NCBI GenBank assembly: GCA_026705295.1
Contig: JAPPBA010000136.1
Coordinates: 961-64,960 of the forward strand
Length of the DNA: 64,000 bases
Direction of reading: 5' to 3'
Origin: Candidatus Palauibacter australiensis
GTDB taxonomy: Bacteria > Gemmatimonadota > Gemmatimonadetes > Palauibacterales > Palauibacteraceae
Shown here piece after piece: positions 36,689-45,980 of the stretch. The position numbers and the translations under genes are program-made. Position 1 is the first letter of the stretch, and each line of letters starts with the position of its first letter. The notes beneath the pieces are model-generated. The model was not told the origin of the DNA, did no database searches, and saw only the letters and a program-made list of their open reading frames with translations.

Positions 36689-38859
36689 GCGTGCGCGGCG
36701 CCCGGCTGGCGCTCTGCCTCGCCATCGGGTGTGCCGTCATCGTCTGGCCGGACGCGGCGCGGGCTCAGTCGGAGGGGCGCGTCTACGACCTGGAGTCGGG
36801 GGCGGGGATCCCGGACGCCGAGGTGGGGTGGGTTCCGGCTCCCGCGGCGGGAGGCACCCCGGATTCCGTCGCCCTTCGGGACGCGGTACGCACGGACGCC
36901 AGCGGTTCCTTCATTCCCGATCCGAGCTGGGGTTCGGGAGGCGCGATGGCGGTGTCGGCGCTCGGGTACCGCTCTCGCACGGTCACCCTGGCGGACGCCG
37001 CGGCTGCGGGATGGCGGATCGGGCTTGAGCGCGACCCGCTCGCGCTCGACGAGATCGTGGTCACGGCGGGTTCGCTGCCGCGGCTCCGCTCGCAGGTCGC
37101 CGTGCCGATGGAGACGGTGGAAGCCGAGGAGATCGAGGCGGCCGGCGTCGCTGCCGCTGACCGGCTGCTCGCGGAGCTTCCCGGCGTCCAGGTGACGGCC
37201 GCCACGCCGGTCGGCTCGAATCTCATGATCCGGGGCGTCGGCGGCGCCCGCGTCCTCGTACTGCTCGATGGCCAGCCCACCGCGGGCGCGCTGCTCGAGA
37301 ACCGCGACCTGAGCCGCATGTCGCTGACGGGCGTGGAGCGGGTCGAGATCGTGAAGGGGCCCCTGTCGTCCCTTTACGGCTCCGATGCGCTGGGCGGCGT
37401 CGTGAACGTCATCACGCAGCTTCCCGCGTCGGGGTTCCGGGTCGACGCGCGTGCCCTGTCGGGTGGCGCCGGACGCCGCGAGGCCGAGGCGTCGGCAAGC
37501 GGCGGAGGCCGTCTCCGCTATCGAATCACCGGCGGCTGGCGCCAGGAGGATCGGATCCCGGGGCTCGCCGATGCGGGCCCGAGCGCCTTCGCGCGCGTCT
37601 GGGACTTCCGGTCCCGCCTTCAGTTCAAGGCCTCGGACGCTTGGGACGTACGCGCTACCGCCACGTACCTTCGCGAGCGGCAGCGCTGGCCGGTGGGCGG
37701 CGCCTTCTCCGGGTTCAACGATAACGCGGGGTTCTCCGGCTGGGTCGAGGCGCGCCGGCCGCTGGGTCCCGGAACGTGGAGCGGAAGTCTCTTTCTCCAG
37801 GAATACGAGCACCTGTACCGAAGCGCCCGTGGAGAGGCTCCCATCGCCGACGACGGCGAAGCCACCCAGTGGGAGCGCCTCGCGAAGGGCGCCGCGGGAT
37901 ACTCCGCGGCCTTGGGCGGTCATTCCGTGGACCTGGGTCTCGAAGTCGCGAGCCGCGCGATTCGGTCGCCCGCCAAGTTGATCGAGGAGCGCGCCGCCGA
38001 CCGGCAGCTCGCGCTCTTCGCGCAGGACGCCTGGCGTCTCGGGGGCACCGTATTGAGTGGCGGCGCCCGCCTCACCTGGAACGATCGCTGGGGCTCAAAC
38101 CTCTCGCCCACCGTGGGCGTGACTCGGCGCGCCGGCGCCCGCGTGCATCTGCGGGCAGCGTTGGCCCGCGGCTTCCGGGCGCCCTCCTTCAAGGAGCTGG
38201 CGTGGAACTTCGTCAACGTGGGGGGCGGCTACGTCCTTCAGGGGTTCCCGGAGCTGGATCCGGAGCGCTCGTGGAACATCTCCGGCGGGGTGGACTGGCA
38301 ACCGGCGTCGACCCTCAGGATCGAAGTCGAGGCCTTCTCGAACCGGATCCGGAACCTCATCGAGCCGGGGTTCGTCGGGAATACCGAGAGCGGTCTCCTC
38401 ATCCTCTCCCCCCGGAACGTCGCGGACGCGGTCACGCGCGGGTTCGAGTTCAGCCTCCGCGCCGTCCTGGATCGGATGGAGTTTGCCGCGGGCTACGCGT
38501 ACCTCGATGCGTACGCGGTCGACTCGGGGCTCCCGCTGGACCGGCGTGCCGGACACTCGGCGCGCGCCCGGGCCGCGTGGACCGCCGAAGCCCTCTCCGG
38601 GTTTCGGCTGGATGCCACCGCACACCTCACGGGCGCCGCGCCAATCATCGGAACCGCTTCCGACGGGAACGAAGCGAGGATCGGCACGCAGGAGCGGTTC
38701 GTGGCCATCGACCTGCAGACCTCCGTCGATCTCGGGCGAAGCCTCAGGCTGGTGGCCGGGGTCGACAACCTGTTCGATGCGCGTCCGGCGGGTTGGCAGG
38801 GGGCGATAGAACGAAAACTGCGGATGGGACTGGCCGTCGAAGACCTGTTCGCACGTTAA
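36685..38859 (+). CDS. TonB-dependent outer-membrane receptor
   Basis: GTG 36685 overlaps the upstream stop (GTGA) and gives VSVRGARLALCLAIGCAVIVWPDAARAQ (signal). Plug region (DEIVVTAGS...VERVEIVKGPLSSLYGSDALGGVVNVIT). Barrel motifs (GFRAPSFKEL) and a terminal aromatic (...LAVEDLFAR). Confidence 0.85.
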   Translation: MSVRGARLALCLAIGCAVIVWPDAARAQSEGRVYDLESGAGIPDAEVGWVPAPAAGGTPDSVALRDAVRTDASGSFIPDPSWGSGGAMAVSALGYRSRTVTLADAAAAGWRIGLERDPLALDEIVVTAGSLPRLRSQVAVPMETVEAEEIEAAGVAAADRLLAELPGVQVTAATPVGSNLMIRGVGGARVLVLLDGQPTAGALLENRDLSRMSLTGVERVEIVKGPLSSLYGSDALGGVVNVITQLPASGFRVDARALSGGAGRREAEASASGGGRLRYRITGGWRQEDRIPGLADAGPSAFARVWDFRSRLQFKASDAWDVRATATYLRERQRWPVGGAFSGFNDNAGFSGWVEARRPLGPGTWSGSLFLQEYEHLYRSARGEAPIADDGEATQWERLAKGAAGYSAALGGHSVDLGLEVASRAIRSPAKLIEERAADRQLALFAQDAWRLGGTVLSGGARLTWNDRWGSNLSPTVGVTRRAGARVHLRAALARGFRAPSFKELAWNFVNVGGGYVLQGFPELDPERSWNISGGVDWQPASTLRIEVEAFSNRIRNLIEPGFVGNTESGLLILSPRNVADAVTRGFEFSLRAVLDRMEFAAGYAYLDAYAVDSGLPLDRRAGHSARARAAWTAEALSGFRLDATAHLTGAAPIIGTASDGNEARIGTQERFVAIDLQTSVDLGRSLRLVAGVDNLFDARPAGWQGAIERKLRMGLAVEDLFAR

Positions 38860-38899
38860 GCCGACGCTGCGGCCTGCCAGCTCAGCCGCAGTAGTCGGC
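38860..38899. terminator. long hairpin between convergent genes (candidate bidirectional terminator)
   Basis: GCCGACGCTGCGGC (38860-38873), an 11-nt loop, then GCCGCAG-TA-GTCGGC (38885-38899). That is 13 paired positions with a 2-nt bulge. It starts 1 nt after the TBDR stop and spans the M20 peptidase stop. No U-tract. Confidence 0.35.
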
Positions 38900-40054
38900 C
38901 GCAGCCCCGGCGAGGATCTCGGCCAGCCTCGCGCACGATTCGAGGTCCACCCACTCGACGTCGGCGTGCGCGCCCGCGCCGTGCGGGCCGATCACGACGC
39001 TGTCCACACCCGCCGCCTGCGTCAGGGCGGAGTCCATCCACGGGGAGTCCCCAATGACCTCCGGCGCGCGGCCAAGCACGGCGCGGGCGGCGCGCGATAC
39101 ACAGGCCGCGACCGGCGCCTCAGGCGTCGTCTCGAAGGGTTCGCGGTGGAAGAAGGTCGACCAGTCGACCTCAAGATCCGGGTCCTCCGCCCGCAGATCC
39201 TCGATCAGAGCCGCGATCTCCTCTTCCACGGACTCCCGCGTCTCGGGCGGCACCGTGCGCCGCTCGACCTTGAGCGTGCAGCGCGGGGCGTAGGTGCTGA
39301 TCCCGCTCCCGCCCTCCACCAGCGCCGCGTGCATCGAAGGGGGACCGAGAAGCGGGTGCCCCGGCCGGGACTGGAGTTCCTCTATGAACGCCTCCAGCCG
39401 GTGCAGGACGCGTCCCATGCGCAGGTTCGCGTCGATCCCTTCCCGATAGCGGCTGCCGTGGGCGGCGTGCCCCCCCGTCGCAATCTCGATCCACGTGAAT
39501 CCGCGGTGGGCCACGCACAGGTCCAGCGCCGTGGGCTCGGTGACGATCGCGGCGTCGAAGGCCAGTTCCCCGCGTGCGCGCCGTTCGAGCAGGTCCGCGG
39601 TGCCCAGGCTCGCGTATTCCTCGTCGGCCACGGCGGCCACGAGAACGTCGCCGGCAAGGCGCGGTTCGGATTCGCGGAGGAGCCGGGCGGCCTCGATACA
39701 GGCGGCCAGCGCCCCCTTCATGTCGTAGGCGCCCCGCCCGTAGAGCCGCCCGTCCCGTATGCTCGGCGAGAACGGCGCCTCCATGCCCTCCACGCCGACC
39801 GTGTCGTAGTGGGCGTTCAGCATCAGCGCCGGCCCTTCCCCGGCCCCCGCGAGGCGCCCGACGACGCTCGGCCGGCCCGCCTCGGGCTCGTGCCGCGTCA
39901 CCTCCAGACCCGCCTCGCGCATGTGCCGGATCGTGAGATCCGCAATCTCCGTCTCGCCCGGCGCCCCCTCCACGAGGGTCGGATTCACGGAGTTCGTGGC
40001 GACGAAGTCCGTGAGGATGGTTGTGAGGCGCAGCAGGTCTGCGGAGAAGGTCAA
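38882..40054 (-). CDS. M20-family metallopeptidase (ArgE/DapE/acetylornithine deacetylase-like)
   Basis: 390 aa with a TTG start. LMLNAHYDTVGVEG, GRGAYDMKGALAA and AAVADEEYASLG are the canonical M20 metal-binding and catalytic motifs. Confidence 0.85.
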   Translation of the reverse strand: MTFSADLLRLTTILTDFVATNSVNPTLVEGAPGETEIADLTIRHMREAGLEVTRHEPEAGRPSVVGRLAGAGEGPALMLNAHYDTVGVEGMEAPFSPSIRDGRLYGRGAYDMKGALAACIEAARLLRESEPRLAGDVLVAAVADEEYASLGTADLLERRARGELAFDAAIVTEPTALDLCVAHRGFTWIEIATGGHAAHGSRYREGIDANLRMGRVLHRLEAFIEELQSRPGHPLLGPPSMHAALVEGGSGISTYAPRCTLKVERRTVPPETRESVEEEIAALIEDLRAEDPDLEVDWSTFFHREPFETTPEAPVAACVSRAARAVLGRAPEVIGDSPWMDSALTQAAGVDSVVIGPHGAGAHADVEWVDLESCARLAEILAGAAADYCG

Positions 40055-40335
40055 GGGCTCGGGAGGCGCTTGATCTCCCTGCGGCCCGCCGCCACGCCGG
40101 TACCGACCCCGATCCCGAACAGAACGGCCGTGAGGGGAGTGACGAGCGGCAGGGCCGCGGCGAACAATCCGACGACGCCGCCTGCGATCCCGGCCAGGAG
40201 CGGGATACCGCGCCGATGAACGCCGTCCACGAAGCGCAATCGTCTGTGTACGAACCTCTTCATGGTCACGAAGCCGCCGATCGACGCGGCGCCGGCGATG
40301 GCGAGCCAGAGGAAATTCCCGATGAACTCAAACAT
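40051..40335 (-). CDS. small hypothetical membrane protein
   Basis: 94 aa with two or three hydrophobic Gly-rich helices (FLWLAIAGAASIGGFV; LLAGIAGGVVGLFAAALPLV; VLFGIGVGTGVAA). Stop overlaps the M20 start (TTGA). No family recognised. Confidence 0.5.
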   Translation of the reverse strand: MFEFIGNFLWLAIAGAASIGGFVTMKRFVHRRLRFVDGVHRRGIPLLAGIAGGVVGLFAAALPLVTPLTAVLFGIGVGTGVAAGRREIKRLPSP

Positions 40336-40488
40336 GTCGCACCTCCCGAAAAGCCCCTACGCCCTCCATCCCGGGGCGGTTTCAGCGGTTCAGCTGCCCA
40401 CTTTGGGCGCTGGCGCAGCGCTTTGCCACGAGCTGCCGGCCACGTTGTACTATGTTGCCGAAGTCCGACACCAGCCACGGAGATCGAG

Positions 40489-40911
40489 ATGAACAGGGAC
40501 GGAATCCAGGTCCGGTGGGACGGCGGCCTCAAGTTCAGCGCCGACCGAGCCGACCACGAGACGCGAATCGACGGGGACGAGGGGATCGCCCCAAGCCCGG
40601 TCGCCCTGATGGTGGAGTCCGTCGCCGCCTGTGCCGCGATCGACGTGGTGGTCGTCCTCGAAAAGGGGCGCCAGCAACTCACCGGGCTCTCGGTCCGGGC
40701 GAGGGCGCGCAGAGCGGATACGGTGCCGCGCTACGTGAAGGGTCTCCGGTTCGACTTCCATGTCTCCGGCAAGGTGGACGAAGCCAAGGCTCGTCGGGCC
40801 GTGATGCTCTCGTTCGAACGCTACTGCTCTGTCTACCATTCGCTCCGGGAGGACATGGAACTCGAATGGACGCTGACCCTCAACGGCGAGCCCGCGGGCG
40901 GGCGGGACTGA
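40489..40911 (+). CDS. OsmC-family protein (peroxiredoxin-like)
   Basis: Internal ATG 40489. APSPVALMVESVAACAAIDVVVVLEK...AVMLSFERYCSVYHSL carries the two conserved Cys contexts of OsmC/Ohr-fold proteins. Confidence 0.8.
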   Translation: MNRDGIQVRWDGGLKFSADRADHETRIDGDEGIAPSPVALMVESVAACAAIDVVVVLEKGRQQLTGLSVRARARRADTVPRYVKGLRFDFHVSGKVDEAKARRAVMLSFERYCSVYHSLREDMELEWTLTLNGEPAGGRD

Positions 40912-40933
40912 CGCGGGGGCTTTTCGCGCCCTG

Positions 40934-41767
40934 CTATTCGAAGGGGGGAAGTTCCCCGGCCCAGTCCAGGAAGCCCGCGCCGTCCGGCGTCCAGACCACG
41001 ATCGCGCCGCAGGTCGAACCCGTGCGCATGAACTCCATCGGCGTCTCCACGTCCCGCCTGTAGACCTCGACCGCGCCGAGAACCTCCCTCTCGAGATCGT
41101 CGAATTGCATCCCCGCCTGGTACATCCCGTCCAGGTAGAGCGCCGGCGGACATCCGAGCCGAGCGCCTTCTCCAAGGAAAATTTCCGCTCTCCCGTATTC
41201 GATCCGGCCCACGGAGACGTTCGGCAGGCCGCGCAGGAGGTCGCTGGGCATGCGCGGGTTACGGTTGATGATGTCCCGCGGCGTGAAGAAGGTCCCGAAC
41301 CCCTTTTCCATGCGTTCCAAGAAGCCCTCCAGGTGCCGCGCACGGCGGGTCTGCCGTACCTCCACCGTGAGATCCGCGATGCGGATGACGCTACTCGAAA
41401 GCGTCAGCGTGACGCGCGTCGTCTGGTCCGGCTCGAGGTCGATGACGGTGTAGCCGGCCTCGTAGCCGATGTATCGCACTTCGACCGAGTCTCTGCCGGC
41501 CCAGGTTTGGGGGACCCGGAAGTTGCCTTCGGCATCGGTGATCGCCCCGTAGCCGGAGCCCAGGAGGATCACGCGGGCCCCTTCGAGCGGGAGTCCCGTC
41601 GAGGCGCTGACCACCTGCCCGATCAGCTCCGCCGTCTCCCGTTCCGTCTCTTCCTGCGCCCGAGCCGAAATCGGTGAACCCGCCAGCACGCCTCCCGCGA
41701 CGAGGGTCAGCGCCGCCAAGCGGGCGCATCTGCTTCCCGACTCCAACGCCGACTCCAATGCACTCAT
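40934..41767 (-). CDS. CarboxypepD_reg-like domain plus TonB-plug-like domain, no beta-barrel (paralog of 28840..29928)
   Basis: 277 aa with a signal peptide. LIGQVVSASTGLPLEGARVILLGSGYGAITDAEGNFRVPQTWAGRDSVEVRYIGY is CarboxypepD_reg. Then FLERMEKGFGTFFTPRDIINRNPRMPSDLLRGLPNV and CGAIVVWT, colinear with the 28840..29928 protein. Confidence 0.6.
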   Translation of the reverse strand: MSALESALESGSRCARLAALTLVAGGVLAGSPISARAQEETERETAELIGQVVSASTGLPLEGARVILLGSGYGAITDAEGNFRVPQTWAGRDSVEVRYIGYEAGYTVIDLEPDQTTRVTLTLSSSVIRIADLTVEVRQTRRARHLEGFLERMEKGFGTFFTPRDIINRNPRMPSDLLRGLPNVSVGRIEYGRAEIFLGEGARLGCPPALYLDGMYQAGMQFDDLEREVLGAVEVYRRDVETPMEFMRTGSTCGAIVVWTPDGAGFLDWAGELPPFE

Positions 41768-41833
41768 ACGGTCCCCCGGTCGAGTCCGGCCCTCTCCCCG
41801 ATAAACGCCTTCCGTCGCCCGAAAGATACGGCC

Positions 41834-42442
41834 TTACCGCCTCGTCATCGACAGGACGGTCGGATCTCCGCCTCCGCTGCCATGTATGGTTACGATCAGC
41901 TCGGTGCTCGTAGGGCTCTCGTACGTGAACCACCAGGGCGCGTTTGGAGGCGGCGCCTCCGCCGTGCTCCGGAAGGTGGCCTTGCGGTCTTCCAGAGCCG
42001 TGAGCCGGTATTCGAGCCGCGTCTCCTCCACCGGCTCCCAGCCCCGCAAGACGTGCTTGAATCGGTAGTAGATCTCACCGTCATCGTCCTGCTCCAGGAG
42101 CAGAAGCTCGTACATGATCGCGAGACCGTCGCGGACGAGGCGGAAGGAGCCGGACATCGAGCGCCCCGCGGGGCTGAACCACGCCTCCTCGATCTGTCCC
42201 CCGAAGGCATCCCCGCCCCAGTGGCCGGCGATCCACGCCAGCTCCTCGAGATTGACGGCCCGCGCGGGCGCGGGCGGTGCCGGACGATCCTGCGAACCCG
42301 CATCCTGGCCCGTTGCCGCCGAGGCGCCGATCAGGTGGCCGACGGCCGCGAGCGCGACGGCGACCGCCGCCGCCCGGCGGCGAAGGGCCCCCGCCGGAGC
42401 CGTTTGAGAAAGCGCGGATCTCGCCGCATCTTCGCACGCCAT
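41834..42442 (-). CDS. hypothetical secreted protein (lipocalin/DUF-like; ELAWIAGHWGG motif)
   Basis: C-terminal 202 codons of ORF 41834..42808. The signal-like segment is RRRAAAVAVALAAVGHLIGASAATGQ. The start could be 42442 or 42475, and the rest of the long ORF is Arg/Pro-rich shadow frame. Family assignment is uncertain. Confidence 0.5.
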   Translation of the reverse strand: MACEDAARSALSQTAPAGALRRRAAAVAVALAAVGHLIGASAATGQDAGSQDRPAPPAPARAVNLEELAWIAGHWGGDAFGGQIEEAWFSPAGRSMSGSFRLVRDGLAIMYELLLLEQDDDGEIYYRFKHVLRGWEPVEETRLEYRLTALEDRKATFRSTAEAPPPNAPWWFTYESPTSTELIVTIHGSGGGDPTVLSMTRR

Positions 42443-42800
42443 GAGAGCCGTACTGAAGCTCCTGGTTTCCGTCATCGTCTGTCTCCTCGCCGGCCTCGCG
42501 GGGCTGGCGCTCGTGTTCAGAGACCTGCCCCTGGGACCCGGCCCCGGGCTCATCGGACTCGGTGGTCTCCTGTACTTCGCCGCGGGTTTCGGTCTCGCGC
42601 GCTGGCACCGGGGCGCGCGTCCCCTCCTCTGGGGCCTGGCGCCGGGCTGGAGCCTGGCCCTGCTGGGGGTCGTCGGCGTCTGGGTGACGGTGACGGATCC
42701 TCCGTCCGGCCACTGGGGCCTCGCGCTTCTCTTCCTGCTCGGCCCGGCCGCCGCGGGCTCGGCGGGCGCCGTCCTCGCCGCGAGGAGGCTGAAGGGCTGA
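42441..42800 (+). CDS. hypothetical 4-TM membrane protein
   Basis: 119 aa. MRAVLKLLVSVIVCLLAGLAGLALVF..., LIGLGGLLYFAAGFGLA, WSLALLGVVGVWV and WGLALLFLLGPAAAG form a clear alternating hydrophobic-helix pattern. Confidence 0.5.
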   Translation: MRAVLKLLVSVIVCLLAGLAGLALVFRDLPLGPGPGLIGLGGLLYFAAGFGLARWHRGARPLLWGLAPGWSLALLGVVGVWVTVTDPPSGHWGLALLFLLGPAAAGSAGAVLAARRLKG

Positions 42801-42804
42801 GCGC

Positions 42805-43464
42805 TCACGGCTGTGATCGCCGGGGCCCTGCGAGGCGTTCGCCGCTCCGCGGCCTGGCCACGCCAAGGTAGACGGAACCCAGCGCCCGGGGCACCCCGGG
42901 CATCGTGAAACGCTCGAGATCGGCGATCCGGAAACCGCCGTCCTCGACCTCGGCGTCGATCTTCCGGTTTATGTTGCAGCCGCAGGCGACGAAGTTCTGG
43001 ATCGGGTTCAGGGTGTCCTGAAGGCGCGAAACCCAGCCCTTATCGTTCCGTCCGTGCTCGAGAAAGAGGAACTCGCCGGAGGGCTTCAGCGCGCGCCTCA
43101 ATTCGAGGAGGGCGTCCCGGAGCCGTTCGATCGAGCACAGCGTCCAGGTGCTCGTCACGGTGTCGAAATGTCCGTCCGGAAAGGGCAGTCGGTCGGCGGC
43201 GTCGTGGATTACGCGCTCGACGGGGAAGGGGGCACGGGCGACGCGGGCGCGTACGCGGCGTTCGAGCACGGCCGCGGGGTCGATCCCCGTGACGCGGCGA
43301 ACCGACGCCGGGTAGAACTCGAGATTGAGGCCGGTGCCGAAGCCGACTTCGAGCACGTTCCCCCTCGCGCGGGAGAGCACGCGGCGCCGATATCGGCGAT
43401 GCACGTCGCCCTTGAGTCCGCTCTCCATGAGACGCGGAAAGATGTGTTCGGAGTAAAGACCCAC
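42805..43464 (-). CDS. class I SAM-dependent methyltransferase
   Basis: 219 aa with a GTG start. VLEVGFGTGLNLEFY (motif I), followed by HFDTVTSTWTLCSI and PSGEFLFLEH, typical of Methyltransf_11/25. Confidence 0.85.
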   Translation of the reverse strand: MGLYSEHIFPRLMESGLKGDVHRRYRRRVLSRARGNVLEVGFGTGLNLEFYPASVRRVTGIDPAAVLERRVRARVARAPFPVERVIHDAADRLPFPDGHFDTVTSTWTLCSIERLRDALLELRRALKPSGEFLFLEHGRNDKGWVSRLQDTLNPIQNFVACGCNINRKIDAEVEDGGFRIADLERFTMPGVPRALGSVYLGVARPRSGERLAGPRRSQP

Positions 43465-43475
43465 TCGTTATTCTC

Positions 43476-43515
43476 CCCGGTGACGCGGGCGCCTTCTTTC
43501 CCGGTGACGCGGGCG
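43476..43515. promoter_or_regulatory. 16-bp direct repeat (CCCGGTGACGCGGGCG x2) in divergent intergenic region
   Basis: Identical 16-mers at 43476-43491 and 43500-43515 (24-bp period). Each is internally palindromic at its ends (CCCG...CGGG). They lie between the methyltransferase start (43464, -) and the GTG start at 43579 (+). Confidence 0.3.
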
Positions 43516-43578
43516 AAGGTTGAAACGTCTACCCAAACATAGACGTACCGGCACCCATCGGGATGGGTCGCCGGCCCG

Positions 43579-45936
43579 GTGTTGTGTCCCGCCCTCGACC
43601 GCGAGGCGCGCGCCTCGATACCGCTGGCTCTGGACTGGAGATCGCTCTTGGACCGAACGCAGCAGGGCGCTTACCGGGGGCTGGTGGCGCTGGCGATGTG
43701 CATGGGGGCTGCCGCGGGCTTCGCGTTCGACGCGTCCGCCCTCCAGGAACCGCCCGCTTCCGTCTCGCGGCCGATTCCGTCCGACGCCTACGCCGATGAG
43801 GGGATCGCGGGGCTGATCGGGCGCGCCATGGCCCAGCGCAAAGCTCGGGCTGACGGGCTGACGAGCTTCGAGGCGACCTTCCGCGAGCGCATCTACGCCG
43901 GGCTGGGCGGCGCGGCCCTGCGCCGGGAGCGGGCGATGTTCCACCAGGAGCGCGCCGCGCGCCTGCGCTGGGCGGCGGAGGGCGAACACATCGTCCGTTG
44001 GCTGGGCGTGCGGCGCGGGGTGCCGATCGTCGGTCTGGGCGTCGAATTCGAGGACGATCTCCGCGACGACGACGCGTTCGAACTCGACTTCGACATGATC
44101 GATCCGGCGAGCGAGCACGTGACGGTCGGTTCGGAGTGGGCCCTCCATCCGCTGGCCGATACCGCGGCCTATCACTACCGCTACCGCTCCGGCGACACGC
44201 TGCGCATCCGCTTCCCGGGGGACGACCGCACGGTGACGCTGATCGAGGCCATCGTCGAGCCGCGAGAGGCCCGCTTCGACCGCATCGCCGGCTCGCTGTG
44301 GTTCGACGCGGACGAAGGGGTCCTCACGCGCGCCGCCTACCGCCCGGCGATCGAGTACGACTTCGACCGCGAAGAACCGGAGGATGCGGAAGACGTCCCC
44401 GGGTTCGTGAAGCCGATCCGCGCCAGGGTCGAGTTCATCACGATCGACTACGGACTCCAGGAACTCCGCTGGTGGCTCCCGAATCGCATGGCCTTCGACG
44501 CGGTCGCCACGATGGCGGACCTGGCGAGCATGCCGGTCCGCTACGAATGGACCTTCGAGGACTACGTCGTGGATCGCGAACCGTTGCTCGATCCGGGGGA
44601 GGATCTGCCGGAAGGTTGGACGCGGTGGGTCGACGAGGAGATCGACGCCGAAGAGGGGCGGATCCAGGCGAACGAGGGAGAAGGGGCGCGAGTCGAGGGA
44701 ATCCGCGACGATCCGTTGACGGCGGAAGCCGATTCACTCCCCGCAAGGGCCCGTCCCATCGTGATCATCGTCCCGCCTCTCGACGAGCTTCCCGCGTCCC
44801 GGGAACTGCCGGAGCCGCTCTTTTCCGCCACCGTCGACGCCTTCGCGGCGCAGGAACTCGACGACCTGAAGGATCGCCTGTCCTCGTTGGAGATCCCCGC
44901 CGCCATGGCTCTGGGCCCCCGCCTGGATCTCGCTCCGGGTCTGCGCAGGCTCCGCTACAACCGCGTCGAGGGGCTGTCGCTCAGCGCGCGCTTCGCGGTA
45001 CCGACCGGGGTCGTGTCGGAGTTCGCGGTCACGCCGCGAATCGGCATCCCGGAGTGGGAGCCCGGCGTGGAGGTCGGGTGGCGGCGGCAGACGGCGACGG
45101 GCGGTTTCGGGATCACGGCGTACCGGCGCCTCACGGACCTGGGCGATTGGGGCCGTCCGCTCTCCTTCGGCAACTCCTTCAACAGCCTCGTCATGGGGTA
45201 CGACGAAGGCCTCTACTTCCGGGAGACCGGCTTCGAGGTCGCGGCGAGCCGCCAGGGGAAGCGGACCCGCGTGGAAGGCGCGCTCTTCGCGGAGCGCCAC
45301 CGGAACGCGGTGAAGCAGAGCGATGCCTCGCTCCCGAACCTCTTCGGCGATGCGGTCTTTCCGGACAACATCGTGGCCGCCCGCGGCGACGTCGTCGGCG
45401 TCTCGGGCCGCCTGCGCGCATTTTCGTCGGTGAATCCGGGCACACCGATCCTGAGCGGTTCCATTTGGGGGGAAGCCGCGACGGGCGACTTCGATCTCTA
45501 CGGCCGTGCCGCGGTCTCCGCCGCGCTTCAACTCCCCGTGAGCGAGTGGTCGCTGGCGCTGGAGGGTGGGGCGGGAAGAGTGTTCGGGGAGCCGCCCCCA
45601 CAGCGTCGCTTCCACCTCGGCGGATCGTACACGTTGCGGGCCTTCGACCCGGTGTCGACCGGAGGCGAGAGCTTCTGGTTCGGCCGGTTCGAGCTGGGGC
45701 GCGGTTTCCGGATCGGCGATCCGGCGTACGACATCGGGGGCAGCCCGATCCGGATCACGGGGTTCTGGGACGCGGGCTGGACGGGCTCCGTGGATGCCTT
45801 CGGCACGAAGGGCTGGTTGTCGAGCGTGGGGGTCGGCCTGTCGCTCATGGACGGGCTGTTTCGCATCGACATCGCCCGCGCCGTCCGCGGCGGCAGCCTC
45901 TGGCGGCTCCACATCTACTCCGACGGCCTCATGTAA
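43579..45936 (+). CDS. large outer-membrane protein with Omp85/BamA-like C-terminal beta-barrel, no recognisable POTRA
   Basis: 785 aa with a GTG start. The C-terminal third has Omp85-type motifs: LRYNRVEGLSLSARF, RFHLGGSYTLRAFD, GVGLSLMDGLFRIDIARAV. The N-terminal ~430 aa is unassigned. Confidence 0.55.
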   Translation: MLCPALDREARASIPLALDWRSLLDRTQQGAYRGLVALAMCMGAAAGFAFDASALQEPPASVSRPIPSDAYADEGIAGLIGRAMAQRKARADGLTSFEATFRERIYAGLGGAALRRERAMFHQERAARLRWAAEGEHIVRWLGVRRGVPIVGLGVEFEDDLRDDDAFELDFDMIDPASEHVTVGSEWALHPLADTAAYHYRYRSGDTLRIRFPGDDRTVTLIEAIVEPREARFDRIAGSLWFDADEGVLTRAAYRPAIEYDFDREEPEDAEDVPGFVKPIRARVEFITIDYGLQELRWWLPNRMAFDAVATMADLASMPVRYEWTFEDYVVDREPLLDPGEDLPEGWTRWVDEEIDAEEGRIQANEGEGARVEGIRDDPLTAEADSLPARARPIVIIVPPLDELPASRELPEPLFSATVDAFAAQELDDLKDRLSSLEIPAAMALGPRLDLAPGLRRLRYNRVEGLSLSARFAVPTGVVSEFAVTPRIGIPEWEPGVEVGWRRQTATGGFGITAYRRLTDLGDWGRPLSFGNSFNSLVMGYDEGLYFRETGFEVAASRQGKRTRVEGALFAERHRNAVKQSDASLPNLFGDAVFPDNIVAARGDVVGVSGRLRAFSSVNPGTPILSGSIWGEAATGDFDLYGRAAVSAALQLPVSEWSLALEGGAGRVFGEPPPQRRFHLGGSYTLRAFDPVSTGGESFWFGRFELGRGFRIGDPAYDIGGSPIRITGFWDAGWTGSVDAFGTKGWLSSVGVGLSLMDGLFRIDIARAVRGGSLWRLHIYSDGLM

Positions 45937-45980
45937 CGATGCCGAGCGTCGGCGGTTCCCGTAACGGAAGGTCCGAAGGT

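Noticed and set aside
38180-38210. FRAP motif (GFRAPSFKEL) as evidence for a haem-specific receptor
   Set aside because: FRAP-like sequences are common in many TonB-dependent receptors, and I could not see the accompanying NPNL box or conserved His. Haem specificity therefore rests only on the neighbouring HmuY-like gene and the Fur box.
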